A DNA stretch of 64,000 nt from Takakia lepidozioides (taxonomy: Eukaryota > Plantae > Bryophyta), in NCBI GenBank assembly GCA_030704615.1, contig CM060732.1, forward strand, positions 18,724,001 through 18,788,000, given 5' to 3'. Every line of letters begins with the position of its first letter. Position 1 is the stretch's first letter. The translations under genes and the position numbers were made by a program. The notes under the pieces are model-generated. The model worked only from the letters and a program-made list of their open reading frames with translations, did no database searches and had not been told where the DNA came from. Of this stretch, positions 45,827 through 59,361 are shown piece by piece.

Positions 45827-47667
45827 GTAGGGTTCCACCAGGAAGCATTCGGCGGCCATAATGAAGAACCGATGTTTTGAATTTGCCTATTATCAAGCTT
45901 GTGCTCTCGTAAGAAGATGATTGCCTCGGAAGAAAGAAGGGAAGATGCCCATTGTTGTATCCGGCGTCTCTTAGGCATGGTTGCATCTGATCCAATGCCT
46001 CTGATATTCCATGAAGTGAGAGACCAAATCATGGTGGCCAAGGGAAACAGGCCGTGAATGGTTCACGATTTGATGACTGAAAAGGACTAAAACAGAATTT
46101 TGATCTGATATCTGGATGGTCTCCATATGAAACCCATGATAGAGGAAACCTTGATATCTCTTATAAACCAGACATGCCATGAACCCTAAAAAGAACGTGT
46201 CACATCGTCGGGGCAGAACAGATTCGTCTTTCTCCTCTGACCGAAAAATGAAACTGAAAGAATATGAAATCCCCACAGGGCCAAAATAGCATAGAGAACC
46301 TCAAAAGTAAATATCCTCAAAGGACGCCTGAGAGTAGGCAAGATCCAAGGATGCAAATTATTCATAGCTTCTGACAAAACCCAATAACACGATGTATTCA
46401 ACTCTGAAACCTAGAAGAACAGAGGAAGGGTAAGGGTGACAGAGCTCACCGGGGGAGGAAAAGGCAAGGATAAATCAACATGAGGGATGGAAACGTTGGG
46501 TCGAGTCCCCACTTCATGAACCGGAATGACGGCCATGAGGCTGTCATTGCAATGTGATTTTTCCAATGGGCTCGCATACTTTTATATTTTGATAGTAGCA
46601 TTCACCAGTTTCAACCCCGCCGCATGAATGACCTGCAAAACGGGTCTGTTGTGCTCTGTTCCGAGGTCCTCAGGAAGATTATCACCTGAAATCCAGTTTA
46701 GGAAGCTAAAACCTGCATTGTCCATTCTTATGTCAGATAATCTCATAATAGGGAGTACATGGACATAGTAAGTGTCAGGCCGGGAGATGGAACGGAGGAA
46801 CATATGAGAGCCAAAGAATACCGATGTTTCCGTAGAGAGCTCCAAATGAGGGAAATGTGTCAAGAAGACATCTCTGACCTTGGATAAAACAAAATCCGTT
46901 TCATTCTCTTTTGATATTTACGCCACATCACCTATAGTGATCCAAGCGCTAGCAAAGGTATTCTTACTAGTAATAAGATAGACGGAATTCCATCGGGGAG
47001 TCCAAAAACAATGGGGGTGACACTGATGGGGACCATTAGGGGCCCAATAGGAGAAGCGGATCAGAGAGAGAGAGATCAGCAAATGATTTGAACTGTAAGC
47101 AGGAAGAGGCTAAATTATGTTGAGCTCCTTTAGCAAACTGAAATATTGCAGGAATATCCGACTTCAGAGTGGAGGAGACGGGGGATTTGAGGAGGAGAAG
47201 AAACAACTGAGGGCTGACAGAAGGAGAGGGTGGAGAGCCGAATCCGCGAACCCTTTTGGCTAGGGGAGACAGCGGTGGGGAGGTGTCCATACGTTTTCTG
47301 GAGGTGCCTGCAACATTCTTCATATTTGTCTGAGGAGGGTCAGCGCCCATGGCCTGGGGAGGAACCTCACTGTCCAGCTTCGCCTTCCGCAGAACGGGAC
47401 TATCTGTTTTAACATGACCTTCATAAGGACAATGATGACAAATAACGTTGAAATTTTTCTCTTGCACACCACAATAGAAATAAATGATTTATCAAAAATA
47501 TGCGCCGAGTGGTTTGAACAACGATCCCTAGGTGGAATGGTCTGGGTTATACCCAATCACTTTGTGATGTAAGCCTTCATGGCCTCCTCTCATGGTTATT
47601 TTTTCCATGAGTTCTTTAATATGACTTAAAGGGCTTCCTCCCCTTTCTTTAAAAAAAAAAAAAACAA

Positions 47668-48107
47668 CAACGACGTAGTCATTAACGATATGTATGCGCA
47701 TGACAGCTGTAAAGTGATTTTATTTTAGTGTGAGACTAACTACAATATATCTAGTTATCTAATTTTAACACTTGAAATTGATTCAAGTGTTAAATCAAGT
47801 ATCAAGATCTAAACTTGATACCTAAAACATCTTATCCTCACGCTTGTTGGTCGTGCGGCTCATCTTTCTTGAGTTAAGCCTGCACGACCGAGAGCTCTCT
47901 CTCTCTGCATGTGAATGTGTGAGGATGTGAGGTTGTTTATAGGAGAGTAGCTTGTTGTAGGCGGATTCTCCGTAGCATCGTGGGCTTAACTAAAATATGA
48001 GTGAGTTTATAGTGTGAAATCATTATGGCAGACTAATTTGTGTGTGTATCTGTGTTGTGTGGTTTGATCAACGATGTAATTGTGTAGCGATATGTATGCG
48101 CACAACA
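47668..48107 (+). mobile_element. Remnant right end (partial B1-GC-A2-B2) of a third split-repeat retrotransposon related to element B
   Basis: ...CGATATGTATGCGCATGACA-GC-TGTAAAG..., an A-like segment 47708-48022 similar to 9162-9513, then B2 TATGGCAGACTA...GCGATATGTATGCGCACAACA at 48024-48107. Confidence 0.85.
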
Positions 48108-48404
48108 GCTACCTTGCTCTCAATTTTTAGCTGGCCTCTTTGCCTCTTGGTTCACATTCGTCACTTGCCTCTTTCTCGTCCCGATTTAAAAAAATGATAG
48201 AGGGCACTGACCCCTCTTTGGGGAAAAAAAAACAACCGTTATTGTCAGGGCGTGGTTTTTCTGCCATTTTTGTCCCTCCGCTAGTTGGCAGAATCCCCTA
48301 GTAGTAGGTAGCAGATTATTTGAGTAGGTCGCAGAATGCTCGCCAGAATCCTCGATCAGGCAGCTTACTGAGCAGAATGGTGCTGCTCGGCACCTTCCAT
48401 GGCA

Positions 48405-48582
48405 TTAAGGTCTGGGGTGGCATTTTCTGCGGTTTTCTTTGTTGGAAGCCATTGGCGACTTTGTGATCCGGAAGCCATTCTGCATGCAGAATGGTGACCA
48501 TGTGAGTGGCGGGGCCTGCGGCATGATCTTCGGCCTGAGAAACCTCCGCGTGTGGGGCAGAAAATGCCACCCCAGACCTTAA
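48405..48582. repeat. Perfect 26-bp inverted repeat with a 126-bp spacer
   Basis: TTAAGGTCTGGGGTGGCATTTTCTGC (48405-48430) and GCAGAAAATGCCACCCCAGACCTTAA (48557-48582). Confidence 0.85.
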
Positions 48583-50760
48583 CGGGCAGTTTCCGTAAAC
48601 TGACCACAACCGATGGTTCGGTAAGGCAGCTTAGGGGGCAGATTGGCCCGCCCCACACACATTCCTTAGAGCATCTCCACAGTGCCACGGTACCTGCCCC
48701 AAAACGGCAATCTACCGGCGCGGGGTCCAAAAAGGTGCTCCACGGTTGGCTTAGCCCGACAAATTTGCTGCCGGCCTGCCTTAATCCTCCCTTGCCCGGC
48801 ACTTTTTCCAATTATACCGGGACCTCGCCAACCACGCTACATTAAACTTGTGAGTTATTTGGGAGTTAATGCGATATGATGTCCTCGGTCAACGCGCCCA
48901 GATTGTGATCTAGAGGGCAGGCCTGCCCCAGGCTATCTCTACCGTGTCTCATACCGTCCCAACCATGGAGTTCCAACCAACCCCTCCCTGCAAAAATTAC
49001 CGTCGGCCCTGTAACCAAGGCATGCCGTGCCTTGCTCACCGTGGAGATGCTCTTAGACCATCCCCACTGGTGGCTCTGGATGTGGGTACATCAAGTGCCT
49101 TTTATTGAGGCTTGTGCAGAGTGCTCGAGAAGGTGGGGGTGCCTGCAGCTGGATTGCTCCCCGCCGGTTGCACGGCAAACCTCACGCCACCCTCCCGGTC
49201 AACCTCTCGCTCGCCAGCGTCTCACGTGTGGGATGATCGCCTCACTCCAGATGCGCGCTGAACTCGTCTGACGTTGACTTGCATGAGCCATACCGGGCCC
49301 GAAGGACACGGCAAGGTCCGGGGTCCGGTTCCAATTTGGAGCGCACGGAACGTTACCGCGCATTGTAACGTGCAGCGGTGGGGCATGGTTTTTGTGTCTT
49401 ATCTCTATGACACGGAACTTTGCCGCTTCCGTGGCTGATAGCAGGCCCCGGTGGGGATGCTCTTAGTACTTACAGACGTACAGACTCAACTGTGCAGGTC
49501 AAGGATACCCTCACACACGCAGCTATAATCGTTTGATTATGAAATTCATGAAGTCCATCAGACGCTCGAGTATAGCTAATTGGCATCGGATGGGTTTCTA
49601 GTGAAGTTGGTGGACATCCTTTTTGCATCTTGCGGGCGCCCAACCCCATCTTTAAAAAGTATTGGAAGGGCTTGGCCAGCAGGGATGGAACAACGATGCA
49701 GCTCTCGTCAAGAAGGGGTTCAAGGCCAGGAAGCGGGCATGCGCATATGTTAGGTTTAAGGATTGTGAAGAATGCAAGTTTTAACAGGTCTTGAAGCAGC
49801 CTCAGCATATTCTCTTCAAATCAAGGTCTGATTTTCCTGGAAGTTTGGGATTATCTTGCAGGCATTGCCATGAAGTGCACATTCGTATGAGTAAGGTATC
49901 ATCTCAAGGCGATATATTATGTTCGTTCTGTTGTAGTTAATCCGCGAGGAACGGTGCATTGCTCTTGCATTTGAACGGGAGCTGTAGTCGTTTAAGAGGA
50001 GGAATTGATGTGTAGATGGTTCATTCAACGTCATGCTCCCATCAAGCAGAGGTGTTTTGTCCGTCGAGATTTTAAATGCAGTGAGGCATGTAACGATCTT
50101 TCCCATCGGCTGCCTCCGTGGGTCTCGTGTTATGGTATGGTTGTACAGTATGAGAGTCTCCCGGCGCGGTCCGTCCACCAAGATACGGATTTTCGGTCAT
50201 ACCTTTCTCAGACTCTGCCATTACCCGAAATGTGGCTACTGTGAATCTTTCATGCTATCACACAATGCAGGGGGCGTGGCCTCCAAACTGTAGATTAGGT
50301 TTATGTTTGTGTGTGCACTCTTGTTGGGTTCAAATTCGAGCTAGACGTAGTAACTAACAGGCTTGTGTATGAGGGCAAGTGATTGTCCATACATCAGGGT
50401 GTTGCCTAGTGCCTTCGGAGACCAGTCGCAGCAGTCATGCATATCGTACTCCAAGACATAGTTTGAGTTCTACTGAGTGGAAGCAAGTGGCTCTGTCATT
50501 GTCAGGGTTCTCTGCGACCCAGAGTGCATGAGCATCATTGGTGAAGCTGTTAGTAGAGAGAGAATAGACTCATGCCGTTCCCTGCAAATGTTTATCTTAG
50601 CTTATCCCGCAACTCAGTTGCACGTACAAACTTATTTTCCTGTACCTGCCATTAAGGTGCTCGTCCACATGCAAATTCTACAGTCTGGTTGCAGGGTTAT
50701 TGATTTGCATTTACTACAGAAATGACTTGCCTGTCACTCTGGATTGTGTGCAGGGCCGAC

Positions 50761-50838
50761 AGAATGTACTGATAAGACGTCGTTTGCCGTAGCCTTGTGG
50801 CCATAGACCCCACGGCCTTGGGGATAGAGAGAGAGATA
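50761..50838 (+). repeat. Copy of the (GA)n-associated short repeat seen in RPN3 introns
   Basis: AGAATGTACTGATAAGACGTCGTTTGCCGTAGCCTTGTGGCCATAGACCCC followed by (GA)n. Confidence 0.8.
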
Positions 50839-52119
50839 GGGCTTTTCTTGTCATGACAAGAATGGATCGGTCATTACAGACCAGATCTTTAGTTTTTCTT
50901 ACAACAACTTAGACAATACAGCCTTGCAAGCAAGGCACCGTCACCATATCTGTAGCTTACCCTTTCGTATGTCACATTTTTCCGAAGAGGAGATCGGGCG
51001 GGTGGAGTGGTGGAGTGGGGGGGAAGGCGGGGGTAAGGCGCGGCGGAGAGGTGGTGTGCGGGGTGGGTGGGTGGGTGGTGTTCATTTGGAAAAAGCACGC
51101 CCTATCTTCATAGTGGAAGTCATCATACTGAAAAGTATTCTCACTCACTGTACCGTCACACATGGTTTACCACAAAACCGAAATCCGTGCTGCTTGGTAT
51201 GTGGACTGCAAGTCCGTGACCTATATTGTCAGCCTAGCCTTAACTCAAGCAAACCAGCCTTACTTCGAACCACAGAAATCTGTGTGTGTCATAGTACACG
51301 TGTGAATACAACACTTCTCTACGAGGACAATTCGGTTTCAGCAAAGTTACTGCAAAACGAGCGTTGCGCAGTGGTTGTTGCTTCATTCGACAGGTGATTG
51401 CCACCTTCTTTCCAAAGTACTCTATAGCAAAACTTACACATACAGCTTAGAGATCCATGAAAAGTGAAGGACCCTCACCTGTGCCCATCCCAAAAATCAA
51501 CACATTCAACAGAATGCGTGTTAGTGAGGATGCGCAAGGTGAGTAGTAGGTCTTTGGGCTTGCTGTCGCTGTCCAACATGCAGATCTAAGCAAGTGAAAG
51601 ATTGCTAGAGTAAGAGCAAAGGTTTGTATCTGGACAGACCCTTGTAAGCTTGAGGTAGACCTGCTCGAGTCATTGCACAAGCAATTGCCAAAAACAGGTA
51701 AAGGTTGAGAAACACTTCCTGTTCTTGTGAAAAAGGAAGTCCTGGCTTCCCTATATGCATAGGAAGCTCGACCAGCAGAATTAAGGCAGGGCTGCAGCCT
51801 TGATAGCTGCAGCCCTGTTGATACCTCTTGAAGGCCAAGCTTGGTGTGCCCGACACTCCGCCTGTGGTTTCAGGTAGTCGTCAATTGTACTTAGCTGCCT
51901 TTTGTATTTGAGTAGTAAATGGCAGGGTCAGGGTTCTGAGACCCTAAATTTAAACCAGCTTAAGGGTACTCATTAAATCACTCAAGGCCTCTAATGACAT
52001 AGGCGATTGTTCACCTAGTCACATAGGCCATTTTTGCAGCATGTGCCTACTTGTCAATTTTAGGACATCCTTCGGAAATATTACTCCATGCCTCACGAGA
52101 AATTCTACCCAGGTTTAAA

Positions 52120-52182
52120 GAGAGAGAGAATGTAAGACGTTGTTTGTCATAGCCTTGTGGCCATTGACCCCGCACCCAGTTT
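52120..52182 (+). repeat. Copy of the (GA)n-associated short repeat
   Basis: GAGAGAGAGAATGTAAGACGTTGTTTGTCATAGCCTTGTGGCCATTGACCCCGCACCCAGTTT. Confidence 0.8.
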
Positions 52183-55100
52183 ATATGTTATGTCCTAAGA
52201 CGTGTCCTCAGAACTGTAGTACCCTCCCAGCTACAAAAGATCCATAGACAAGGTCCCTGCCAAAGGGGTCCAGCCAATATTTCTCCCCCCCCCCCCCCCC
52301 CCCCCTCATGTATCCTTCACTTACCTCTCACAATTTCAGGGATACAGGAGGTTGGGATGCACATGTGTGTTGGCTCTCTCTAAAGGCCTCTTTTCACACG
52401 TGGTCTTAAAACTGGTGTTTCAAGGAGGTTAGGAGGTAGGAAGAGATTGTAAGGTGGAGACATGCATGTGTGTGGGCTAAGAGTGAGAGGCTAATTGTAA
52501 CAAGGAGATACTTCCCCATACTGGGGTAATGCCTTCTTTTGAGGTTGGATGTGTGTGAAATAGCTGAAGGCCCGTGCCACCAGGTTTTGCACTTGTTTTC
52601 ATGCCTGTTTCGATCTAGATGAGCAGTTTGACCTTGTGGTAGTTGCAACCATGTAGTGATGGTTTATAACCACATGAGAGTAGGATATCGTCTTCTCGAG
52701 TTGTTACAGCAACCCTGCTTGGAGAGTACACGTCACCTGAAAGGTGAGAGGTAGTGCATTCACTATGATACGAAGAAATGGCCTTATCTATGCATTCTAC
52801 CTTCTTATAGGGGGGTGAGTGTGTAAGACAATGTGCCGAGTAGGGATTTTGGGCAATAGTAGTGGCTGCAGACCACTGCCAATCTGAGGTCATTTTCTCA
52901 GACAGCATCCCACCTCAATACATTCAATCCTGCCCCTGTGAGGTAGAGATGCCTTCATGACAGCACCATAGTAACTTCCACAGGAAGTCAGCAAACCATG
53001 TCTTAGTTCATGAGGACCAAATCATTTCATGAGATGGTTGCAGGCAGAGGAAGAACACAAACAGAATTCAGTAGGCCATCTTATGAGCGCTATTTTTGAG
53101 TGCCAATAGCTGCACTGGAAGCTTTGATTGCGAATAAGTGCAGAGTGTGAGGCAGTTAAATAACCCATTTGTAACATGTGTGTGCGCGTGCGTAGTGCAA
53201 GGGTTTTCAGGATGGGATGTGAGGGAGAGGGTTGTTGGGTTTGTCTCTTGATTAGATACGACCTTGTTGACGCAGATGAGTATCTTGTGAATACCACACG
53301 TTCTGCAGAACTGTCCTCATGACCAGAGACCCCGCAGCCCTCCTTGAATTGACTGATGTGCCAAATCCATTAACCCAAACGTCATCTCAGTTATTCCAAA
53401 TTACTAGATTCTCTTGAAAGAGGTTTGGAGTGTTGTGTCACATGGCAATGAGCTTTAGGCATGTTGTCACAACTCGGGAGGTCGTGTCAGTGTCGATGCG
53501 GTGTTTCAGGCTTGCTAGACCGGGAGACCACAAATTTGCTCCTGGTAAATAGGTGTAAACGATCCTGCAGCAGATCATGCAATGCAACTCGAATTCCTCG
53601 AAGATTATCTTTCATTCCATGTTCTCCATTGTTGGTGAGAACTTTAGTGGAGTGACAAAGGATATAAGTAGAGACATGATGCAAGCAAAGATAGCTGGGG
53701 CCAATGCTATCAATGGTTCTATTTCCATGGAAGCCCAAAACACTAGGGAGAGTCATGCAAGTGAGTCTATTAATAATATTGGGTTGATGTGAGCAAGTCA
53801 TCAGTGCAAGGGCAACTGTAGTTCTCGGGAGACTGGCAGTGTCTTGGATGCCATTCATGCTCTTTGCTGTAAAAAAGTGGGCCTCTCCCTCTCCCTATTC
53901 AGCAAATTCCTCAATTTCCTGTGTTACTGCTCGCAAAGCTTTTCTGCTCTCAAGATTGGGAACGCAGATGTATAATGAGGGTTGAAACAAGATATTTGTA
54001 TCCTAGAAGGCGCAGTGCTCCCCTCCACAGACCTGTCCTGTGCTTGACAGCCAGGCAACAATGTTTCTTTGATCTGGATTGTGTGCAAGTCCGCCGGACA
54101 ATTCACTCCCGGTGATGGAATTCTGTCTACATGATATTCCATCAACCATGCATCATAATCCTCCTGCTGCATTATGCAAACCACAGGTGGAGAAATGTGT
54201 GCAATGCAAGTGGATTTTTTGTTATGCTAAGCAAATGCATAACCAGCATCAGGTAGGATATGTAATTATGCAAATGTAATGTGGTCTAACAACAAACATG
54301 GTCACCTCACCAGTATAAATATGGAATACATATGAAATATTATACGTAGCGTACACGATTCTGACCGTACGGGAGCGTCAATTTGCACTCCCGGACACGG
54401 CACGCTACCGACCTTTTCGGGTGGCGACGGCAGCCGCCCGTCGCCCTGTCGACTCCGACCGCTCTGACGTACGTCTGACGTTCGGCGACGGACAACGCTA
54501 ACGATAACGGGCTGTACCACCGTCTTTCCCCAGCCACGTCACCAACCGTCACCAACCGCATCTGGGCAGCTGACCGCGGTCAGACGGCAGTTAGGCAGCT
54601 CAGGTAACCCCTAGCTGCTGTCAGCTTAACTGCACTCGCCCAGTCAGCCTAACATGCTCCCCATTTATGCCTCGTCTTTTGCTCGCTGTGTTTTTGGTAC
54701 CTGGCCCTTTGACTCGCTGCTCCCCAAAATTAATTATCGTTGCGAAATTCTTGACTTGTGCAATGCCCGGCCCCCCAACCTTGCTAAACCACGCAAAATT
54801 GTGGGAAAGGTTTGCATTTATGGGTTGAAATAGCCCTGGGAGATCGATTAGGGCTAACCCTAACCCTAGCCAACGTGGCGCCCATGTCAGCTATCCTAAT
54901 GGTGCTGTAACTGGCGTTAGTTAGCAGAGTGGGGACCACGCAGTTGGTACAGGGTGAGGCAGGCGGGGTGTCGTGGTTAGGTGACTGGTTTCGTGTGGGT
55001 GAGTGGAACCCTAAGCCCGGCAGCTGGGACGTATCTTGAATAAGCAAGCACAGCTTTTAGACAGGGAAGTCGGGTCGGAAAATGGTGGAGGCAGCGGGTG

Positions 55101-58100
55101 GATGGCTATCATCATCGTCATCATCACTCCCCAAGTCGAAGGACAGATTAATCATAATTGGGGGCATGTCACTGTGATTAGGAGGAGATTGATGGATAGT
55201 CAAGTACTGGTTAATTGTGAGAGTATGATCCTTGGGCCGACACTGTCAGGGGCGACGGAGAACGACGGCGCTTCTTTCCAGCGACGTCGAAAGCGGCAGC
55301 GCGAACAAGACTTGGGTGGGCAGAGGAGTGCCCACTAGTCCCGTGACCAGGTTCACGATTGTCATCTTGAGCTTCACAACTGGCAATTCATGCATATCTG
55401 AACGAGAGCTAGCCTGATATTCCAGGGGGTTGTTGCACTGTCGTGTATAAGGATAGGTTGTCTGTAGATACACCAATATATATGAGCATGTGTGGAATTT
55501 GAAAATTAAGATTGCTCTGCGTGATGTAGCAGTTAGCGACGCGCTTGATTATATTGCAAACTGAACTTCCAGTTCTCGGAAGCGTTTGTGTGGCTATCTA
55601 CTGACATTACAAACGGGGTACTTCAAGGTGTGACAGTGCAAGCTCAGTTCAATCGTGATTTGAGCATCTGTTTCGTAGCATCAAAAGTATCTTTCTCGTG
55701 GAAAGCAGCAGTTGACGAATTGTGCTGAAATTCCTCCAGGCTCATTCCAGCCTGTTCGTGTCCTCAAGTTTGCACCGAAGGTCTGAGAAACCTTTGAAGC
55801 TGAGATCAGTCCAAAAATGTCCACTTGTTATTCTTATTATATTGCCAGGGGCATGTGGTAAGGCTGCCTGACGCCCAATCTAGAGCGATAAGAGACCGTA
55901 ATATTTGCAGGAAAGTGGATATCTTGCAGACCCATATTGAAAATCGCCGGCAAGCTCTGTAACTGAACAGCATGGGCGAGTATGGTAATGGCCTGCAATT
56001 CTGGCCTTCTGGTCGCATGGAGAGTGTCCACAAGAGTAAATACAACCGCAAGTTTCTTGAGTGTTGTCTGCCCCGAGAAGTCTCCCGAGGAAACAATATG
56101 AAAGGCTTTACACGCTGTAAGGAAGACATTCCCTCACACCAGGCACGCCCTTCAACCACACCCAGCTCAACTAGCTAGCATCAAAGGCAGCTCGGTCGCG
56201 CTGCACAGTTTGACCCCTCAACACATGCGTAGCGCGAGCATGCTTGCCAGTCCAGGCAGCACCTGTGCATCCAAACTTGCCCACACCCAGATCCCCAACC
56301 CATGACCTGACAAAACATGCGTGGCCAACTGGAAGACACTCTCATTGAACTTTTGGCCATAATTTGTCATATCTTTCGTGGGAGAGAGACGGTAGCTGGC
56401 ACGACTACCTTACGTTACAATCTAGCTGGTTTCCCTTTGCATCTTCCTGCCAGTAGATTCTAAGGTTGACTGGATTGCAAGGGTGCGTCTCTGTAGTACC
56501 TGCCAGCCGCAACTTTGACCCCTTGTTTCCCCATTCATATATATGTATATGTACATATGAGGTCAAAATTACTGGTAGCACTGATAGATTATGATGCACA
56601 AATGTTTTAGCCAGAGTTATTCATTTGAGAAAAACCTACTCAATGCAGCATGGACCGTCAATGTAGTTTTCAACAAATAAATATCCTGTAAATTTCTCTT
56701 TTTTAAGTTTTCGAGGAAGGGAGCGATATGATACCCCATTTAATAAATTTATTTGGTCCCTTGTTTTCGCCTTAAAAGGAGGGAAAAATCCCTCCAGATG
56801 ATTACCTTAAACATATACCATTAACGCTGAGAGAAAGCAACAAGTTTGATTGATTGCTTCCTTTGCTGTGCGGGGTTGCCATCCATCCACCCACAAACTA
56901 GGCCACCTATTTCAATGTAGAAACTCGGTAGGTAGCACCCAAATTAGCGAGACATTGCCCACTGTTCAAGTGCTTTTGTCATCACACTCATATATGTTTT
57001 TGGACGTTAGGTGGTGTTATAAAAGAGAACATCTACTGATCGAACAATTTGTAGTTTTGCAACCATTGGACTCAGGAGGGAGCCTCCTAAAGTACTTGGT
57101 CATATATTCCACTTTTTGGAATGTGAGTTGGGTGTACAAGAAATAAAGGCTCCAATTGGGAAGGTTGGTGAAGAAAAAGTGCACTACATGGTAATAAGCA
57201 ATACGGGGGCAGAAATGTTAAAGAATGAGCTCTGGTGCAACTTGAGTATTGTCACTCTTGAAAATCTTGAAGGGCCTCTAGATGAAATTTTGTGTGGCGG
57301 GGGTGCCAATCTCCCACTGCACTGTGCAAGGTTAGTGCGGCGCCCCACTAGCTACTGCATGTACTTACCCTGCACTCTCATCCACTCTCATGCCACTTGG
57401 TGTACTTGGAACTTGGGCGATGCCTGAATCTTCTCTGAAATGCCACATTTCTTCCCTTGCTAGAGGCAAAGTCTGAGGCCCCGTACTGTGTGTCCATTGC
57501 TGCAACTTATCCATGTCCTGGGGTCCATCCTGGCTTGAAGAGGAACTGACTAAGTGGTGGAGCCCTTGATCCACTGCCTTCCAATAATATGCCCACTGGG
57601 CCGTTTCTTATCTATCTAGCTCTATGTTACAGAATTGAATTCCGATTATTTTTGAGCCACTGGTATCCGTCTCCTACAAAGCTGCAGATAAGTGTGATGG
57701 GAGACAACTTGGCTCTGCAGCCAAGTAGCGAGGGACAGTAAGAAGTGGTATGGGCCTGCCAAGGTGCCATTGGCTCTGAAACCATCTTTCTCCATTGCTG
57801 CCGCCGGTCACAGTAAAGGGGGTTTTGAATGGCACCGAAAGTTCGCAGGAGGACGCGCTTCTATTAAATCTTTCTAGGCATGCAGCACCCACCTAACACA
57901 CGGCTTCTTTCAGCCTCCACATTGATTTTCATCTTAAATCCATCCAAATGGCCAAACTTATAACCTCATCAGTTGTTTTTCTGTCAACAATATAGTTTTT
58001 GGAGTTCTGACTATGTACAACAGTCAAATGTGGTCATACCACCATTTTATATGGGCTGGTAAATATAGCTGTGAGGGTGATTAAGAGCGCCACTTAAAGT

Positions 58101-59074
58101 AAACAACTATGTGCATGCCAGATGAGTTTGCGTACGGTATTAAAAAAAACCCCCTTGGAACTAATCTTCCCTCTTGCAGGCAAATGATGAGCGTTGGGGG
58201 ACCTGCACTAGCTCAGTTTCTTGTAGGGTGGCACTGGGGGAACTGACATGGAATCTAGGATATTGCTTATGCGAGAGCCTTCAAAATGAATCTTCGTACA
58301 GATACAGAAACAACTTGAAGCCAGAGACAAGTTTATTATAAGAAAGGTCCAGGAAAGTTTTTCAATAAGTGAGGTCGTACTCTCTCCTTAACACATACCT
58401 AAATCAGAAATCTATGATCTGCAGTAAATGCGTATGAGGCGGAGAAAATAGGAAGGATTTCTGATGACTGAGCTTTGACTAGGAGATTGCAAGGAGATTA
58501 GCTTAATATAGGTGATCCAAGAATAACTCAGATTAGTACACAATTACTATTTTTCTTTCTTAAAGGGATACGACCGCTCACAAATCAGGCCCCTTCATTA
58601 CAGTGGGAGGAGAAAGTAACCTCTTTCAATTTAATACTATAACCTCGCCGTGAAATTCTTCTTTTGAAATGGGAAAATAGCCTAATCAATCACTGTAACT
58701 TCAATATTATCAGAATGAATGTTTGCACCTTTCTTCAAGCTCAACAAATATTGGTCCTCCTTTGAAGGCACGATCATGGGTCCCCCCACTTGGGTGGGAG
58801 ATGGCAATCAGAATGGAAGTTTCAAAAACCGAGTACGGTACACACTACACTCTACACACTACACACACACCAAAAGGCAGCGCGACGATGTACTTGGAGG
58901 GCATAAACTTACCCAAGCAGCCGGACAGTCGAGCCCCTCCAAATGCTCACGTCAACGCTCATCGCACTTGTTTTAACAGCAACATTCATAACACCCCTAG
59001 AATCCAGCCACCGCCGACTCAGCAAAGTTTTGAACTTTCCCACCTGATGAGGATTCTCACTGTAGACCACACAC

Positions 59075-59361
59075 CGGTGTTTTTCTTTCTGGCGAAAAAT
59101 CGCCAAATTTCGACCTGGAAACTACGTCAGCTACTTGTACAAAGGAATTATGGGGGGTAAAATCTGACTTTTTCGCCAAAAAGCAGCAGCAGATAAATTT
59201 CAGGGGCCTAATCATGCCGACGTGGACCAGATAAAACGTGACACCTGGAATATAGCCACTTTTCTAACTCTGCCACCTCGATATTTTCGCCACATGGGCA
59301 CTGCGTAGAATTCACAGGTGGCCCCGCCAGCGATTTTGGAAATATGAAAAAAAAAACACTG
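59075..59361. mobile_element. hAT-family MITE (287 bp) related to the element at 40074
   Basis: TIRs CGGTGTTTTT / AAAAAACACTG. 8-bp TSD CCACACAC / CAACACAC. Shares the subterminal TGGCGAAA..TCGCCAAATTTCGACCT with 40089-40115. Confidence 0.82.

Larger units (their letters stand above)
3343..47640 (-). mobile_element. Degenerate L1-like LINE (ORF1 zinc knuckle, APE endonuclease, RT, C-terminal RNase H-like), fragmented by nested insertions
   Basis: Minus-strand remnants in LINE order: CHHCPYEGHVKTD knuckle (~47400-47440), SWNIRGIG endonuclease start (~46000), MARLDRIY (~44330), ALDGIPVEFFKTLW (~43570), PLAPFLFLIA...SLYAD RT core (42570-43060), GLGIID..ALLAKW (~39950-40010). LLVAFDGSW (RNase H-like) is rebuilt by joining the two flanks of element A. 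A T-rich tract at ~3320-3342 is a possible poly(A) tail. Outer boundaries are approximate. Confidence 0.75.

Noticed and set aside
54850-54872. Telomere-like CTAACCCTAACCCTAG (also GGTTTAGGG at ~63842)
   Set aside because: Only one or two units, too short to call an interstitial telomere.
54340-55450. GC-rich block with short TACACGA/TCGTGTA ends as a possible DNA transposon (similar block at ~63450-63950)
   Set aside because: The inverted match is only 7 bp, with no convincing TSD or coding remnant.
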